Shown in pieces: positions 11,278 to 21,830 of a DNA stretch of 32,116 nucleotides. The notes below the pieces were generated by a model. The model saw only the letters and a program-made list of their open reading frames with translations, ran no database searches and was not told the DNA's origin. Position 1 is the stretch's first letter, and each line of letters opens with the position of its first letter. The stretch comes from Octopus bimaculoides (lineage: Eukaryota), in assembly GCF_001194135.2 (NCBI RefSeq), contig NC_068982.1, positions 52,386,722 to 52,418,837 on the forward strand. Reading direction: 5' to 3'. Both the position numbers and the translations under genes were made by a program.

Positions 11278-11375
11278 GTATGTATGTATGTATGTATGTA
11301 TGTATGTATGTATGTATGTATGTATGCATGCGTGCATGCATGCATGTATGTATGTATATATATATATATGTATAT
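11278..11375. repeat. (ATGT)n/(TA)n microsatellite
   Basis: Direct reading. Confidence 0.9.
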
Positions 11376-11550
11376 ATAAAGGAGACCACTAGGTGGACTG
11401 TTAATATGCTAGAAGAAGATCACATGTAATGTGTCTAAGACCGAATTGTTCTTTACTTTGAGAACAATTCGGTCTTAGTAGACACATTACATGTGATCTT
11501 CTTCTAGCACATTAACAGTCCACCCCGTGGTCTCCTTTATATATGCATAT
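11366..11550. mobile_element. Near-perfect palindromic element (MITE-like), TA-rich flanks
   Basis: Arms 11366-11452 and 11461-11550 are reverse complements with a few mismatches and one 3-nt indel. Loop TTACTTTG. Confidence 0.8.
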
Positions 11551-11689
11551 ACAATAACCCTTTGAGATCTCAGATATTTTTTCTGAATCTCCTTGATTCT
11601 TTTGATGTGCTTGTTCCCTGGTATTAAATTGATATCAATTAATATCCAATTTTTTACCCTACTGTTTTAATTTATATATATATATATGA

Positions 11690-11958
11690 TAGTCTCCCGT
11701 CGAAGACGACGTATGAGCCTTCGGCTTTTGCTGAACGACCTGCACAAACGATATATTTAATGTGATCAAATGTCAAATGTTTGTGCCAGACATTAGCTCA
11801 TTCTCTCTAGGAAATCGACGTTGTCTGAACAGGTCCACGGTCTACCACGCGTCACATGTCGAAGTGACCGCAGAGTAACTTGAGATGAAGTGTTTTGCTC
11901 AAAAGCACGCGATCTCGTTAGTGCAACACCCTACTACTAGGCTATGCCTAGCGTTTAG
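11690..11958 (-). mobile_element. Probable SINE body and 3' part (family B), head degraded or lost at the gap
   Basis: Minus strand TTGAGCAAAACACTTCATCTC (11882-11902) resembles the TTGAGCAAGACACTT motif that follows the tRNA head in many SINEs. The segment is GC-richer than its flanks. Confidence 0.5.
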
Positions 11959-12507
11959 NNNNNNNNNNNNNNNNNNNNNNNNNNNNNNNNNNNNNNNNNN
12001 NNNNNNNNNNNNNNNNNNNNNNNNNNNNNNNNNNNNNNNNNNNNNNNNNNNNNNNNNNNNNNNNNNNNNNNNNNNNNNNNNNNNNNNNNNNNNNNNNNNN
12101 NNNNNNNNNNNNNNNNNNNNNNNNNNNNNNNNNNNNNNNNNNNNNNNNNNNNNNNNNNNNNNNNNNNNNNNNNNNNNNNNNNNNNNNNNNNNNNNNNNNN
12201 NNNNNNNNNNNNNNNNNNNNNNNNNNNNNNNNNNNNNNNNNNNNNNNNNNNNNNNNNNNNNNNNNNNNNNNNNNNNNNNNNNNNNNNNNNNNNNNNNNNN
12301 NNNNNNNNNNNNNNNNNNNNNNNNNNNNNNNNNNNNNNNNNNNNNNNNNNNNNNNNNNNNNNNNNNNNNNNNNNNNNNNNNNNNNNNNNNNNNNNNNNNN
12401 NNNNNNNNNNNNNNNNNNNNNNNNNNNNNNNNNNNNNNNNNNNNNNNNNNNNNNNNNNNNNNNNNNNNNNNNNNNNNNNNNNNNNNNNNNNNNNNNNNNN
12501 NNNNNNN

Positions 12508-12539
<32 letters not shown>

Positions 12540-12541
<2 letters not shown>

Positions 12542-12743
12542 TGTGTTTGTCCTCCACCATCACTTGACAACCGATGTTGGTGTGTTTACGTCCACAAAAC
12601 GTAGAGGTTCGGCAAAAGAGACCGATAGAATAAGTGCTAGGCTTACAAAGAATAAGTCTTGGGGTCGATTTTTGTTCGACTAAAGGTGGTGCTCCAGCAT
12701 GGGTGCAGTCAAATGACTGAAACAAATAAAAGAATAAAAGAAT
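12540..12743 (+). mobile_element. SINE 3' part, family C, preceded by (TG)n
   Basis: Homologous to 31358-31572 (CTTGACAACCG.TGTTGGTGTGTTTACGTCC...GTTCGGCAAAAG..CCGATAGAATA...GGTGCTCCAGCATGG...TGACTGAAACAA.TAAAAGAATAAA). No head is visible because a gap lies upstream. Confidence 0.75.
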
Positions 12744-12757
12744 ACACACACACACAA

Positions 12758-12791
<34 letters not shown>

Positions 12792-13459
12792 TGCGTAAGG
12801 AAAGAAAAAAGAGAGATAGGTGACAGAATATGTGTAACAAACGTACACAAAATAAAATTACACACACACACACACACACACACATAAGTATATATTAACA
12901 TATAAATACACATATAAGATCACGTATATAACTATATGAAAATATGCACGTAAATACATATCCAAACAAATATAAGTGTATACATGCATACATATACATC
13001 CATCATGTACGTATGTGTACAAGTATAAACATACACGCTTACTTACACACATACACAGACGCACACATACAAATACATATGCATGCTTACAATACAGATA
13101 TCCACATAAAAACGTATCTTGGTCCTAATGTATATATACAAACAACATTTTAAAAAATTGCTGAGTGTATAATAATAAAAATCGGATAAAAGACATGCAA
13201 AATGGAATACCATAAATCGAATTATCTATAAATATAACGATTAAATGGGTTTGTAAAATACAATAAAATGAAATAAAAATAAAATCTTAAACATGAAAAT
13301 AATATATAATAGACGAAGGTTTTCTTAAGAAATACGTCGAAATATATACATCTTTGCGATGCGAAATAAACCATACATTATAAAATACGAATCCAACAGT
13401 GGGATTGAAAACTAGTTCAACATTCAAAAAATGTATACTATCCATATGGTATTTTGTCA

Positions 13460-13700
13460 GCTGACATTCGAAATTTTGTTGCGTGTCTGAAGGAATTCAA
13501 GACTTCGCGTCTTTGATTCAAAGCGCTATTGTCCTGTAATAAAATATAGAATATTTCCCAAAAACATAAATTACATTTGATGGGTCTTTTATGCGCATCG
13601 TGTCTGGAATGTGATGCTTTATCTAAAATTCTCCATGTCACATTGAATGGCCGGGTTTCGTTTTTAAAGGTGTATCCTTTAACTAGTTTTGATTATATCG
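13460..13700 (-). pseudogene. Penelope-like element, C-terminus of the GIY-YIG endonuclease
   Basis: FNVTWRILDKAS...KCNLCFWEIFYIL...ALNQRREVLNSFRHATKF matches the Penelope pattern WxILxKAxxY...CNLCxxEKxxI...LNKRxExxxxCRHxxKF. Confidence 0.65.
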
Positions 13701-13896
13701 TTATATTCTGTTCCATTTTAACAAAACTGTCCGATGAACGGGAACGCGAAACTCTGAGTAACAGCTTTTGTTATATTTCTGCTGCTTTTAAATAAAGCAT
13801 ATTACTCCACCTCTGGTATTTGAGTACTCTATTTCCACCTTGTTTCACATTTATGTGCTTACTCCGGTACACATACACACACACACACACATACAC

Positions 13897-13927
<31 letters not shown>

Positions 13928-14050
13928 NNNNNNNNNNNNNNNNNNNNNNNNNNNNNNNNNNNNNNNNNNNNNNNNNNNNNNNNNNNNNNNNNNNNNNNNN
14001 NNNNNNNNNNNNNNNNNNNNNNNNNNNNNNNNNNNNNNNNNNNNNNNNNA

Positions 14051-14914
14051 TACATGATCTGATCGATAAATATCGAACTGTTGCCATAGTAACGAAGCTA
14101 AAGCACACCAAGTGAAGCCGCTTGGCACAGATTGAGCTTGAATTCCGCTATGCATGTGCACCAGATTTTAACGTTCTAGCTCACTTCCGCTGTTTACAGC
14201 AGTGCTTGGAAGGAAGGTGTGTAGTTTCTGATCGTCGCATTGGCCATGACAGAGAAAGTTGAACAGACAATCTGCATCAGATTTTTCGAAAAGTTTGGTG
14301 ATACCTGCTCAGAGGCCTACGCAAAGTTCTCGACACAATCAAGATTTTGTGAAACTGAAACTCGAGTGTATTTTTGGTCAGCTGTAAGCGGTTTTGGCAC
14401 AAACATGGCAGACACGAGTCTCATATCCAAATCTTCAATGATAATGGACTGAGATGAACCGTAACTAATCTGCACACCCTCTGATAACTCACGGATGGTG
14501 ATTTGACGATTTCCCCTCACAGCTACACGCACATCTGCGATGTTTATCTCAGGTCTGCTGGTAGCGGGTCTCCCAGAATGTTTGTCACTATTCGGCCATA
14601 TTGGAAACGTCTGAACCATCGTACATTTGTATGTGCTTCATACACTCCTCTCCATACACTTTCTGAAACTTTGTGTAGGCCTCTGAGCAGGTATTGCCAT
14701 GGCAACTTTTTCTGTCATGGTCAATGCGACGATCACACGCTACACACCTTCCTTCCAAGCACTGCTGTGAACAGCGGTAGTGAGCTAGAACGTTAAAACT
14801 TAGTGCGCATGCACATCAGAGTTCAAGGTCAAGCTTTGATGAGCGGCTTTACTCTGCGTGCTTTAGTTTTGTTACTATAGCAACAGTCTGAATACTTACG
14901 GATCAGACCTCGTA
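14051..14914. mobile_element. Non-autonomous mariner made of two inverted 5' ends
   Basis: TA-bounded ends: left TACATGATCTGATCGATAAATATC, right (reverse complement) TACGAGGTCTGATCCGTAAGTATTC. The + arm encodes MTEKVEQTICIRFFEKFGDTCSEAYAK. The minus arm encodes HSGRPATSRPEINIADVRVAVRGNRQITIRELSE...DLDMRLVSAMFVPKPLT. No DD34D domain. Confidence 0.9.
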
Positions 14915-15749
14915 CACTTATGTAGCAGAAATAGAAATAGAAAGTTCTTGGTACAATATTTTATATTTGAAAAAATGAATTGAAAAGACTTTTCTGATAA
15001 TTTTCCCACTTTAATTACTAGATTTCTATGTTATTAGGTGTGTACATAAGGTGNNNNNNNNNNNNNNNNNNNNNNNNNNNNNNNNNNNNNNNNNNNNNNN
15101 NNNNNNNNNNNNNNNNNNNNNNNNNNNNNNNNNNNNNNNNNNNNNNNNNNNNNNNNNNNNNNNNNNNNNNNNNNNNNNNNNNNNNNNNNNNNNNNNNNNN
15201 NNNNNNNNNNNNNNNNNNNNNNNNNNNNNNNNNNNNNNNNNNNNNNNNNNNNNNNNNNNNNNNNNNNNNNNNNNNNNNNNNNNNNNNNNNNNNNNNNNNN
15301 NNNNNNNNNNNNNNNNNNNNNNNNNNNNNNNNNNNNNNNNNNNNNNNNNNNNNNNNNNNNNNNNNNNNNNNNNNNNNNNNNNNNNNNNNNNNNNNNNNNN
15401 NNNNNNNNNNNNNNNNNNNNNNNNNNNNNNNNNNNNNNNNNNNNNNNNNNNNNNNNNNNNNNNNNNNNNNNNNNNNNNNNNNNNNNNNNNNNNNNNNNNN
15501 NNNNNNNNNNNNNNNNNNNNNNNNNNNNNNNNNNNNNNNNNNNNNNNNNNNNNNNNNNNNNNNNNNNNNNNNNNNNNNNNNNNNNNNNNNNNNNNNNNNN
15601 NNNNNNNNNNNNNNNNNNNNNNNNNNNNNNNNNNNNNNNNNNNNNNNNNNNNNNNNNNNNNNNNNNNNNNNNNNNNNNNNNNNNNNNNNNNNNNNNNNNN
15701 NNNNNNNNNNNNNNNNNNNNNNNNNNNNNNNNNNNNNNNNNNNNNNNNN

Positions 15750-15810
<61 letters not shown>
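15750..15810. repeat. (GT)n next to gap 15054-15749
   Basis: Direct reading. Confidence 0.95.
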
Positions 15811-15814
<4 letters not shown>

Positions 15815-16249
15815 CATTTAGAGATATAAATGGAAGAACGAGTTTGATTATTCGTAAGAATGTTATCATTCACTCAGACTCTCTACTCACTGACTCAATG
15901 TTTCTTACTATTTGCTAACGATCAGCTTCTTATATCCTCACACGCGCATACACACACGCATATAAGCACATACTCATACATACACACACGAACATATATA
16001 ATTGTGGTTACTTTTGGTCAAGTTGTAGAATACATGCGCAGGAAAAAAAAACAGTTCAAGGTGATATCAACAGATTAGTGATTCCAACAAACCCGTTTTA
16101 ATCTCAATCGTTTGAACCTATGAAATCTCTTGTCACGATTCACCCCATAGTTTAGAGATGTACCGATAGCTAGGTAAATGGATCGAAGATTCCAATTTGA
16201 CATCTTTTACATTTATTAAAATGTTTTATAAAAAGGAAAACGGAAAAAA

Positions 16250-16255
<6 letters not shown>

Positions 16256-16320
<65 letters not shown>
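16256..16320. repeat. (GA)n next to gap 16321-17052
   Basis: Direct reading. Confidence 0.95.
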
Positions 16321-17119
16321 NNNNNNNNNNNNNNNNNNNNNNNNNNNNNNNNNNNNNNNNNNNNNNNNNNNNNNNNNNNNNNNNNNNNNNNNNNNNNNNN
16401 NNNNNNNNNNNNNNNNNNNNNNNNNNNNNNNNNNNNNNNNNNNNNNNNNNNNNNNNNNNNNNNNNNNNNNNNNNNNNNNNNNNNNNNNNNNNNNNNNNNN
16501 NNNNNNNNNNNNNNNNNNNNNNNNNNNNNNNNNNNNNNNNNNNNNNNNNNNNNNNNNNNNNNNNNNNNNNNNNNNNNNNNNNNNNNNNNNNNNNNNNNNN
16601 NNNNNNNNNNNNNNNNNNNNNNNNNNNNNNNNNNNNNNNNNNNNNNNNNNNNNNNNNNNNNNNNNNNNNNNNNNNNNNNNNNNNNNNNNNNNNNNNNNNN
16701 NNNNNNNNNNNNNNNNNNNNNNNNNNNNNNNNNNNNNNNNNNNNNNNNNNNNNNNNNNNNNNNNNNNNNNNNNNNNNNNNNNNNNNNNNNNNNNNNNNNN
16801 NNNNNNNNNNNNNNNNNNNNNNNNNNNNNNNNNNNNNNNNNNNNNNNNNNNNNNNNNNNNNNNNNNNNNNNNNNNNNNNNNNNNNNNNNNNNNNNNNNNN
16901 NNNNNNNNNNNNNNNNNNNNNNNNNNNNNNNNNNNNNNNNNNNNNNNNNNNNNNNNNNNNNNNNNNNNNNNNNNNNNNNNNNNNNNNNNNNNNNNNNNNN
17001 NNNNNNNNNNNNNNNNNNNNNNNNNNNNNNNNNNNNNNNNNNNNNNNNNNNNATAAAAAATATGTATTTTGATTTTTAAGAGGATTTTGTAAATAAACTA
17101 ACAGTTAACTAACATTAGA

Positions 17120-17430
17120 GTATGTATGTATGTATGTATGTATGTATGTATGTATGTATGTATGTATGTATGTATTATGTATGTATGTATGTATGTATGT
17201 ACGCACGTACGTACGTACGTATGTACGTATGTACGTATGTATGTATATATGTATGTACGTACGTACGTACGTACGTATGTACGTATGTATGTATATATGT
17301 ATGTATGTATGTACGTACGTACGTATGTATGTATGTATGTATTCTATATGTATGTACGGACGTATGTAAGTATGTATGTATGCATGCATGTGTGTATGTA
17401 TGTTTGTATGAATGTATGTATATATATATA
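17120..17430. repeat. (TATG)n with (TACG) variant units
   Basis: Direct reading. Confidence 0.95.
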
Positions 17431-17552
17431 TCTTGAGATTAAAAATCTATTTCGTTTGCTTTTAAAGCGTTATACATATCTTTTGTTTATATTTCAAAGC
17501 TCTAGTTGTTCACTTTCTGCAAATTTTCAAATGCTGCTTATTAAAGATGAAA

Positions 17553-17613
<61 letters not shown>

Positions 17614-18050
17614 NNNNNNNNNNNNNNNNNNNNNNNNNNNNNNNNNNNNNNNNNNNNNNNNNNNNNNNNNNNNNNNNNNNNNNNNNNNNNNNNNNNNNNN
17701 NNNNNNNNNNNNNNNNNNNNNNNNNNNNNNNNNNNNNNNNNNNNNNNNNNNNNNNNNNNNNNNNNNNNNNNNNNNNNNNNNNNNNNNNNNNNNNNNNNNN
17801 NNNNNNNNNNNNNNNNNNNNNNNNNNNNNNNNNNNNNNNNNNNNNNNNNNNNNNNNNNNNNNNNNNNNNNNNNNNNNNNNNNNNNNNNNNNNNNNNNNNN
17901 NNNNNNNNNNNNNNNNNNNNNNNNNNNNNNNNNNNNNNNNNNNNNNNNNNNNNNNNNNNNNNNNNNNNNNNNNNNNNNNNNNNNNNNNNNNNNNNNNNNN
18001 NNNNNNNNNNNNNNNNNNNNNNNNNNNNNNNNNNNNNNNNNNNNNNNNNN

Positions 18051-18084
<34 letters not shown>

Positions 18085-18325
18085 GCCAGAATGGATGACT
18101 CACTGGCTTATGAACAAGAATTCATCCCAATGATGCTATTTATAATCACTAGTCGATTGTTCAAATCTCTTTTCTCATCTCTCAGTGTTAACGTGTTTTC
18201 TGCATGATTACTGAACCCTGATTGGTTGATGTGCTCTGATTAACTGATCCAATCTCTGATAAGCTGTCACTAAAATATCGTATGACAACTCATTCTTGTT
18301 AATCATATTCCTGTCGTTGTAAAGA

Positions 18326-18985
18326 ATGCCTGGTCGAAGAATTTTGTCGGAAAGTCATACTCAAATAAAAATTCTGTATAAAGAAGGATACAGAACTCGA
18401 CATATTGGTGAAAGATTGAAATTGGCACAGAGAACTGTTTCAAAGCCAATGAAAACCTCGAAATCTACTGGAAAATATGCATTTGATAAACCTACGGGTC
18501 ACCCAAAAACCACCATCATGCGAATGGACGATGCTATCATTCCAGCCGCCAAAATGTCACTCAGAAAGTCTTCCAAAGCTTTTAAAGCTGGTCTACCGCC
18601 AAAAGACAAGGTTCCTAGCCAAAGGACAGTTCTTAAGTTCTACAAACCTTCAAGGAAACCAAGTCTAACCTCGAAGAATATTGCTGATCGTTTGGTATTT
18701 TGCCAAAAGTATAAAAATTGGTCAGTCAAACAATGGAAACGAATTATGCTTTTCGGATGAAACGCAGGTGTCACAATTTTATGCCTTTTGCAGACATGTG
18801 AGATGACCTCCTAAGCGAAGGGATAATTCTCGCTACGTTATCCCAAGTGTTAAAATGCTCCAAAGGTTATGGTGTGGGGAGCTATTTGTGCTGATGGAAG
18901 ATGTGGATTGTTGTTCATGCTTTAAGGTGCAACTATCAAGGTAACTCATTACTTTGAAATTCTGCAAACGAAAGTCCCACCATTT
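18326..18985 (+). pseudogene. Tc1-family transposase, 3'-truncated
   Basis: MPGRRILSE...TG..KPTGHPKTT..R.D...KPSLTSKNIADRLVFCQKYKNWSVKQWKRI, then a frameshift to FSDET (first catalytic D, about 18753), then VMVWGAI (about 18866) and HYFEILQ. Interrupted by RTE sequence near 18985. Confidence 0.9.
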
Positions 18986-19430
18986 ACGCGGGTTGAAAAG
19001 TCTGTTATCAGTCCTGAATCTGATCTTCATGCTGGTTTCGTGGTCATTGCAGAAGGCATAGAATACCATGCATAGAATACCATGCTTAACGACGTTGGTA
19101 CGAACGCACAGCTCTGGGAATGCATCAGAAGAATCTTCATTATCCAATTGATGATGCTGTCGTGAAACTGTCGCACCATGCCGATAAGTTTTTCCAGGCA
19201 GCCGAACTTTCCCTCGATCTTCCAAAGCCCCTCACTACTGATGATGTCAAAGACCTTGGTTGGGCCTATAAAAGTCGTATATAGGTCCCTGTTCTGTTCT
19301 CAGCACTTCCCTGCGAAGTTGGCGTACGGTAAATATCATGTCGCCTGTCCTACGGCTCTCTCTGAAGCCGCACTGAGTTTCTGGTAGATGCCGTTTTCCG
19401 TGTCCTGATTGAGGCGGTTAAGGAGGACTC
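18985..19430 (-). pseudogene. RTE-clade LINE reverse transcriptase fragment (inverted segment)
   Basis: Minus strand with frameshifts: RVLLNRL...LPETQCGFRE...DMIFTVRQL...EQNRDLYTTFI..TKVFD..S.EGLWKI..KFGC.EK.I.MVRQFHD...LDNEDSSDAFP...KIRFRTDNRLFN. Typical RTE RT domains. A 14-nt tandem duplication lies at 19056-19083. Confidence 0.9.
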
Positions 19431-19735
19431 TTGCGAGACTTGGGCGGTTTACGAATGCCACGCCAAAAAGTTAAACCGCTTTCACATGAACTACCTCAGA
19501 AAGGCTATTGAAAATCCCCCGGCAAGATAAGGTCCAGACACGGAACTCCTCTCTCGAACTGATCTGTCAAGCATTTATACATTGCTGGGAGCGCAAGTCA
19601 GGTGAGCTGGTCAACTTGTTTAAATGCCTGAAATACGATTCCCCAAGAGACTATTTTGCAGCGAACTGGCTGAAGGAAAGCGCACGCAAAGTGGACAGAA
19701 AAAGTGCTTTAAGGATACACTTAAAAGCTCACTGC
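19431..19735 (+). pseudogene. RTE-clade LINE, region after the RT core (sense segment)
   Basis: CETWAVYECHAKKLNRFHMNYLRRLLKI..QDKV.DTELLSR...SIYTLL...RFPKRLFCSELAEGKR..GQKKCFKDTLK. Typical RTE C-terminal region. Confidence 0.9.
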
Positions 19736-19934
19736 ATATATTTATCTACTCCGCGTTTCGAAGGTAGGAAGTAGATAAAACAGGGACAACTGATGAAGGG
19801 AATGTTCTTTATGCGCCCGTCTCATTTCTCTGTTTGTTTGTTTCTTTCGTTGTTCGAAAAAAGTTCGTTTTCTATGTTTTTTATGTTCTCGTTTCTCATT
19901 TTGTTTACATTTTTTTGATGTTCTGTATCCATCT

Positions 19935-20975
19935 ATGCATGTATATATACATATATATATATGTAGGTATGTACATATATGTATGTATATATGCATATAT
20001 TTATATTATATTATATTATATTATATTATATTATATTATATTGTATTATATANNNNNNNNNNNNNNNNNNNNNNNNNNNNNNNNNNNNNNNNNNNNNNNN
20101 NNNNNNNNNNNNNNNNNNNNNNNNNNNNNNNNNNNNNNNNNNNNNNNNNNNNNNNNNNNNNNNNNNNNNNNNNNNNNNNNNNNNNNNNNNNNNNNNNNNN
20201 NNNNNNNNNNNNNNNNNNNNNNNNNNNNNNNNNNNNNNNNNNNNNNNNNNNNNNNNNNNNNNNNNNNNNNNNNNNNNNNNNNNNNNNNNNNNNNNNNNNN
20301 NNNNNNNNNNNNNNNNNNNNNNNNNNNNNNNNNNNNNNNNNNNNNNNNNNNNNNNNNNNNNNNNNNNNNNNNNNNNNNNNNNNNNNNNNNNNNNNNNNNN
20401 NNNNNNNNNNNNNNNNNNNNNNNNNNNNNNNNNNNNNNNNNNNNNNNNNNNNNNNNNNNNNNNNNNNNNNNNNNNNNNNNNNNNNNNNNNNNNNNNNNNN
20501 NNNNNNNNNNNNNNNNNNNNNNNNNNNNNNNNNNNNNNNNNNNNNNNNNNNNNNNNNNNNNNNNNNNNNNNNNNNNNNNNNNNNNNNNNNNNNNNNNNNN
20601 NNNNNNNNNNNNNNNNNNNNNNNNNNNNNNNNNNNNNNNNNNNNNNNNNNNNNNNNNNNNNNNNNNNNNNNNNNNNNNNNNNNNNNNNNNNNNNNNNNNN
20701 NNNNNNNNNNNNNNNNNNNNNNNNNNNNNNNNNNNNNNNNNNNNNNNNNNNNNNNNNNNNNNNNNNNNNNNNNNNNNNNNNNNNNNNNNNNNNNNNNNNN
20801 NNNNNNNNNNNNNNNNNNNNNNNNNNNNNNNNNNNNNNNNNNNNNNNNNNNNNNNNNNNNNNNNNNNNNNNNNNNNNNNNNNNNNNNNNNNNNNNNNNNN
20901 NNNNNNNNNNNNNNNNNNNNNNNNNNNNNNNNNNNNNNNNNNNNNNNNNNNNNNNNNNNNNNNNNNNNNNNNNNN

Positions 20976-21052
<77 letters not shown>

Positions 21053-21134
21053 CACATGCGTATATAATATACGCGCATACACACCCGCGTGTGTGTGCAT
21101 GCGTGCGTTTGAGTTTGTGTGAGTGTGAGTGTGT

Positions 21135-21176
<42 letters not shown>

Positions 21177-21180
21177 GTTT
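19935..21180. repeat. (TA)n/(TTATA)n, gap 20053-20975, (CTAT)n, (GT)n
   Basis: Direct reading. Confidence 0.9.
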
Positions 21181-21314
21181 GCGCACGACCGAGCGCGTTT
21201 GTGCGTGTAGTGCCAAATTGACTTTGCTGTAATAAATGGTCTGTGAAACAAACGCAAATAACTATACAGCGACAGAAAAGGCTAAAACATTGGACAAAAA
21301 TAACATAATACTAA

Positions 21315-21447
21315 TTTCTAACATCAGAAGAGGACGAAATAGTTTTGAAGAGGGTACAGTCGATTAAACCGACACAGTACTTGAATGGTGCTAATTTAAC
21401 TTACCACAAAGTAAGAAAGTCAAAGTTCACAAAGACAGGATTTCAAC
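21315..21447 (-). mobile_element. Old diverged family A SINE fragment
   Basis: AGTCGATTAAACCGACACAGTACTTGAATGGTGCTAATTT...GAAAGTCAAAGTT...GGATTTCAAC is collinear with 1296-1440. Confidence 0.55.
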
Positions 21448-21515
21448 AACCAATGTTGCCTTATCGAAAGGTTGTTTCCAAAATACAACAATAATTATAC
21501 AATACAGACGTATGT

Positions 21516-21554
<39 letters not shown>

Positions 21555-21683
21555 CGGTGTATTTCTAAAATACATTTAGAAATACATGCGCATGCGTGTA
21601 TTTCTAAAAAGATCCACATACAGACAAGGAGTTTAGCTATATTTCGAGCTGCCAGAAGCATTGGTGCGTTTTTAGATATACTT

Positions 21684-21820
21684 CGAGCTAGAAGAATCAT
21701 TGTAAGTCGTAAAAATGCTTCGCAGTATTTCTTCAGGCCTTTACGTTCTGAGTTCAAATTTCACCGTGGTCGGCTTCGCCTTTCATCTTTTCAGGGTCGG
21801 TAAAATAAGTACCACTTGAG
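21684..21820 (+). mobile_element. Family A SINE, head and core, 3'-truncated
   Basis: CGAGCTAGAAGAATCATTG...TACGTTCTGAGTTCAAATTTCACCG...GCCTTTCATCTTTTCAGGGTCGGTAAAATAAGTACC. A partial duplicate head lies near 21645. Confidence 0.75.
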
Positions 21821-21830
21821 CAAACCCTAT

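Noticed and set aside
6611-21210. ORFs over 180 aa containing X runs and HT/CV/YI/RE repeats
   Set aside because: They stay open only because N-gaps and dinucleotide repeats contain no stops.
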